Part shown: positions 1 to 1,185 of the stretch, in pieces
How positions within the stretch are numbered: the stretch's first letter is position 1
Layout of the letters: each line of letters starts with the position of its first letter
Assembly: GCA_000004985.1 (NCBI GenBank)
Contig: GG739515.1
Source of the DNA: Naegleria gruberi
Lineage: Eukaryota
Length of the DNA stretch: 1,185 nucleotides
Strand: one strand, 5' to 3'
Position numbers and translations under genes: made by a program
Notes under the pieces: model-generated
The model's database searches: none
The model's input: only the letters and a program-made list of their open reading frames with translations
What the model was told of the DNA's origin: nothing

Positions 1-8
1 AATTATGT

Positions 9-26
9 GATTTAATGGATTTAATG
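9..26. repeat. Perfect tandem duplication of a 9-bp unit, GATTTAATG x2.
   Basis: 9-17 gatttaatg and 18-26 gatttaatg, adjacent with no spacer. Confidence 0.8.
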
Positions 27-297
27 AACCTCTTATTGCCTCTGAATGTATAGTTGGTCACTACGTTGTAAGAAAGGAATTAGATTGTATCAAGGATATC
101 AAAACGAACGAAGTTTTCAAAGTGGCATCTTTCAAAAGATTTTAATGAGATTACCTTAATTTCCAACACCACCAATAAGACAAGGGAGATTAGTAGAAGT
201 GAAGCATTTGAAATGCTCCCATGTGTTGTTGTCAAACTCCCTGATGAAGAGAAATATATTCCTGTGCATTATTATGCATATCAATACTTTTAATAAA

Positions 298-355
298 TTG
301 AAATTTATTGACTTGGAAATTTATTTGTTATTTGAAATTGGAAAAATTTCCAAGT
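298..355. repeat. Cluster of TTGRAAATT(T) direct repeats terminating in a perfect 12-bp inverted repeat (311-322 ACTTGGAAATTT / 344-355 AAATTTCCAAGT, 21-nt spacer).
   Basis: Direct copies are ttgaaattt at 298-306, ttggaaattt at 313-322 and ttgaaattgg at 332-341. The neighbouring aaatttattg (301-310) and aaatttatttg (317-327) also repeat each other. The inverted copy at 344-355 is the exact reverse complement of 311-322. Within it lies the near-palindromic 12-mer GGAAAAATTTCC at 340-351. Confidence 0.8.
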
Positions 356-396
356 TCCCTCCTGCTAAGACTTTTCGCTTGTTTTACGAAAATAGC

Positions 397-440
397 TTGA
401 CGCAAAATCGTCAAAGTACCAGCACGCTTTGACAGTACTG
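397..440. repeat. Nested dyad symmetries sharing a TTGAC core: TTGACG-N6-CGTCAA (397-402 / 409-414), GTCAAAG-N10-CTTTGAC (410-416 / 427-433), and the 8-bp perfect palindrome CAGTACTG (433-440).
   Basis: Read directly from the sequence. TTGAC occurs on the plus strand at 397-401 and 429-433, and as GTCAA at 410-414. AGTAC is repeated at 415-419 and 434-438. Confidence 0.6.
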
Positions 441-448
441 TGGTTACG

Positions 449-536
449 CAATGAAGTGCAAGCAATTCTACAATGAAATGCAAGCAATTATTTTTTGAAC
501 TGCAACGAATAATTTAATGAATTGAAAGTTTCTTGA
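449..536. repeat. Tandem array of a 22-bp unit (consensus about CAATGAARTGCAAGCAATTMTW), with two well-conserved copies and two progressively degenerate copies in strict 22-bp phase.
   Basis: Unit 1 is 449-470 caatgaagtgcaagcaattcta. Unit 2 is 471-492 caatgaaatgcaagcaattatt (19/22 identical to unit 1). Unit 3 is 493-514 ttttgaactgcaacgaataatt (15/22 to unit 2). Unit 4 is 515-536 taatgaattgaaagtttcttga (12/22, weak). AATGAA recurs at 450, 472 and 516 (and degenerate TTTGAA at 494), which is exactly 22-nt phasing. Confidence 0.75.
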
Positions 537-624
537 ACCACAATTCTTAAAATAGATCAAAGAGAAGTCACACTGTAAGATCAAGCTGTAGTTCTGCTTG
601 TTTCGAATATTGATAATGAATTTG

Positions 625-636
625 TTTATTATATAA
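625..636 (-). promoter_or_regulatory. Putative 3'-end formation signals for the peptidase gene. The minus strand reads ...CTTATATAATAAACAAA...: a TATATA element (630-635) directly followed by AATAAA (complement of 625-630), about 45-55 nt downstream of the stop.
   Basis: Plus-strand tttatt at 625-630 and tatata at 630-635. The position relative to the stop codon (680-682) fits a short eukaryotic 3'UTR. Such hexamers are frequent by chance in AT-rich DNA, so this is only meaningful if the locus is eukaryotic. Confidence 0.3.
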
Positions 637-679
637 GATATTTTGTATTGTTATTAAGATGATTGATCACTCTTCATGT

Positions 680-1185
680 TCATTGAATTTTCTTTCCGAA
701 AATTGAATCCTCCCATGACTCATTAAATAATTCATCTAATTCTTCGTCATAATCGCCAAGCTCAATTTTAGAGCTCTTCTTGGGTTCAGATTGAAAACCT
801 TCTGATTCCGAAAGTGGGCTTTGTGGTTCAAATTCTACTACATGTAAATGTTTCAATCTAGCAACAAGTATAGCTCTGTAATTTGAAATAGAAAATGGTT
901 TGGTCATAATATCGACGGCATCAGATAGTGAAAATCCTGCTGAAAGAAAATCCATTAGTAATACACAATAATCACCACAATGATTTCCATCCACTTGAAT
1001 TTTTTTTTGTAATGTTTTTCGAACAGTCTTTGGTTTTACAATAAATGATGGCAACATTTCAAATAATTCACTAGTCTCTGATTCTATCACTGAAAAATCC
1101 TTAGCGAAAGAATCAAAAAGAAACCAATCAGTGGATTGACAATCATAGATTAGTAAGTACCAGTGTACTGATCTTGCCACAGGAA
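680..1185 (-). CDS. Ulp1-family (MEROPS C48, clan CE) cysteine peptidase, DEN1/SENP8/NEDP1-like (putative deneddylase/Ubl-specific protease). The CDS is 5'-partial: the frame is still open at base 1185 and the N-terminal part of the fold lies beyond the window.
   Basis: The minus-strand translation contains, in canonical order and spacing, HWYLLIYD with His at aa 6 of the listed translation (codon 1163-1165). FLFDSF follows with Asp 17 residues after the His (codon 1112-1114), the same spacing as H514/D531 in yeast Ulp1. QVDGNHCGDYC has Gln (995-997) 6 residues before Cys (977-979), the same spacing as Q574/C580 in Ulp1. The His-to-Cys distance is 62 residues (61 in human SENP8, 66 in Ulp1). 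The local motifs match SENP8 'HWSLLVYLQDKNSFFHYDS' and 'QQNSYDCGMYV'. A hydrophobic/Arg-rich helix follows the Cys (YRAILVARLKHL), as in Ulp1 (RMRRFIAHLIL). The stop is TGA (complement of 680-682). The GTG at 1178-1180 that the ORF track labels as M is not a real start. Next to it, 1181-1183 is a sense codon (Pro), and every Ulp1-fold protein has about 80-100 residues N-terminal to the catalytic His. Confidence 0.85.
   Translation of the reverse strand, partial: PVARSVHWYLLIYDCQSTDWFLFDSFAKDFSVIESETSELFEMLPSFIVKPKTVRKTLQKKIQVDGNHCGDYCVLLMDFLSAGFSLSDAVDIMTKPFSISNYRAILVARLKHLHVVEFEPQSPLSESEGFQSEPKKSSKIELGDYDEELDELFNESWEDSIFGKKIQ
683..826 (-). other. Low-complexity acidic, Ser-rich C-terminal extension (about 48 aa) appended to the peptidase fold: EFEPQSPLSESEGFQSEPKKSSKIELGDYDEELDELFNESWEDSIFGKKIQ
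   Basis: This is a direct translation of the last 48 codons before the TGA stop. It is enriched in E/D/S and has an E-rich block about 10-21 residues from the C-terminus. No counterpart of this length exists after the catalytic helix in human SENP8 or yeast Ulp1 (recalled from known sequences, not searched). Confidence 0.6.
1000..1008. repeat. T9 homopolymer (A9 on the coding strand) inside the peptidase CDS, encoding ...Q-K-K-I... immediately upstream of the catalytic Gln/Cys codons.
   Basis: Plus strand 1000-1008 is ttttttttt. The reading frame is intact as given. Confidence 0.9.

Noticed and set aside
114-138. Direct repeat TTTCAAAG / TTTCAAAAG (114-121, 130-138).
   Set aside because: It is short and AT-rich, so it is consistent with chance in this composition. 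It has no dyad partner or phasing that would make it stand out.
241-247. CTGATGA resembling a C-box of a C/D snoRNA.
   Set aside because: No D box (CUGA) with a terminal stem lies at an appropriate distance on the same strand. In AT-rich sequence this is a chance match.
340-351. GGAAAAATTTCC as a Rel/NF-kB site.
   Set aside because: The canonical kB site is a 10-mer (GGGRNWYYCC). This one is a 12-mer with an extra AA between the half-sites, and such A/T-rich near-palindromes arise easily in roughly 30% GC DNA. I keep it only as part of the inverted-repeat observation, not as a called site.
199-432. 77-aa plus-strand ORF from the ORF track (MKHLKCSHVLLSNSLMKRNIF...).
   Set aside because: It begins at a GTG (199-201); the first in-frame ATG is at 244. 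It is rich in L/I/K/F/N as expected from translating AT-rich non-coding DNA. It runs straight through the TTGRAAATT repeat and inverted-repeat cluster. It has no recognisable motif. It is most likely a chance ORF.
298-536. Subterminal repeats of a DNA transposon carrying a captured Ulp1-like protease domain, as in some MULE-type elements.
   Set aside because: No terminal inverted repeats or target-site duplications are visible in this window. The protein is highly collinear with cellular DEN1/SENP8, not with transposon-borne ULP fragments. This cannot be excluded without wider flanks, but nothing here supports it.
596-610. tRNA T-loop-like GTTTCGAAT.
   Set aside because: It lacks the flanking GG/CC of the T-stem and an acceptor stem. 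No D-arm or anticodon-arm can be built around it.
560-679. Rho-independent terminator downstream of the minus-strand stop.
   Set aside because: I looked for a GC-rich stem-loop followed by a U-run in the minus orientation and found none. Only short AAGAT/GATCA repeats are present. If the locus is bacterial, it has no obvious intrinsic terminator here.
683-694. C-terminal KKIQ resembling a KKXX di-lysine ER-retrieval motif.
   Set aside because: KKXX functions only on the cytosolic tail of a membrane-anchored type I protein. The visible 166 residues contain no transmembrane segment and the fold is a soluble protease. The motif is probably coincidental.
1178-1180. GTG labelled as the Met start of the minus-strand ORF.
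   Set aside because: The frame continues open through 1181-1185, and the catalytic His is only 5 residues downstream. All Ulp1-fold enzymes need about 80-100 residues N-terminal to this His. This is an ORF-caller boundary artifact, and the true start lies beyond the window.
680-1185. Poxvirus or giant-virus core protease (I7-like) instead of a cellular Ulp1/DEN1 enzyme.
   Set aside because: The His-to-Cys spacing (62) matches Ulp1/SENP8 and not the longer spacing I recall for vaccinia I7. In addition, a 680-nt gene-free flank is unlike densely packed poxvirus genomes.

Overview
This is an AT-rich window; hand counts of four 60-nt blocks gave roughly 28-37% GC, with coding and non-coding blocks similar. 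The one well-supported gene is a 5'-truncated minus-strand CDS at 680..1185 that runs off the right edge of the window. Its translation carries the full catalytic signature of a Ulp1-family (MEROPS C48, clan CE) cysteine peptidase: His (codon 1163-1165), Asp (1112-1114), oxyanion Gln (995-997) and Cys (977-979), with Ulp1-like spacing. It is nearly collinear with the NEDD8-specific protease DEN1/SENP8/NEDP1 ('HWSLLVY...FFHYDS...QQNSYDCGMYV' in human SENP8 versus 'HWYLLIYD...FLFDSF...QVDGNHCGDYC' here). The catalytic fold is followed by an unusual acidic, Ser-rich C-terminal extension of about 48 residues ending in KKIQ. The remaining 679 nt (1..679) lie 3' of this gene and contain no convincing ORF. 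The listed 77-aa plus-strand ORF starts at a GTG, is low-complexity, and overlaps repeats, so I treat it as spurious. This flank is rich in short structured repeats. There is a 22-bp tandem array with two good and two decayed copies (449-536). There is a cluster of TTGRAAATT direct repeats ending in a perfect 12-bp inverted repeat (298-355). There are nested TTGAC-containing dyads plus an 8-bp palindrome (397-440), and a perfect 9-bp tandem duplication (9-26). A TATATA plus AATAAA pair lies about 45-55 nt downstream of the stop, which is consistent with eukaryotic (fungal/metazoan-like) 3'-end formation. However, the source organism cannot be fixed from the sequence alone. I see no evidence of a multi-gene novel system in this window. 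The features worth following up are the peptidase with its atypical tail and the repeat-rich flank, which may be a cis-regulatory module.
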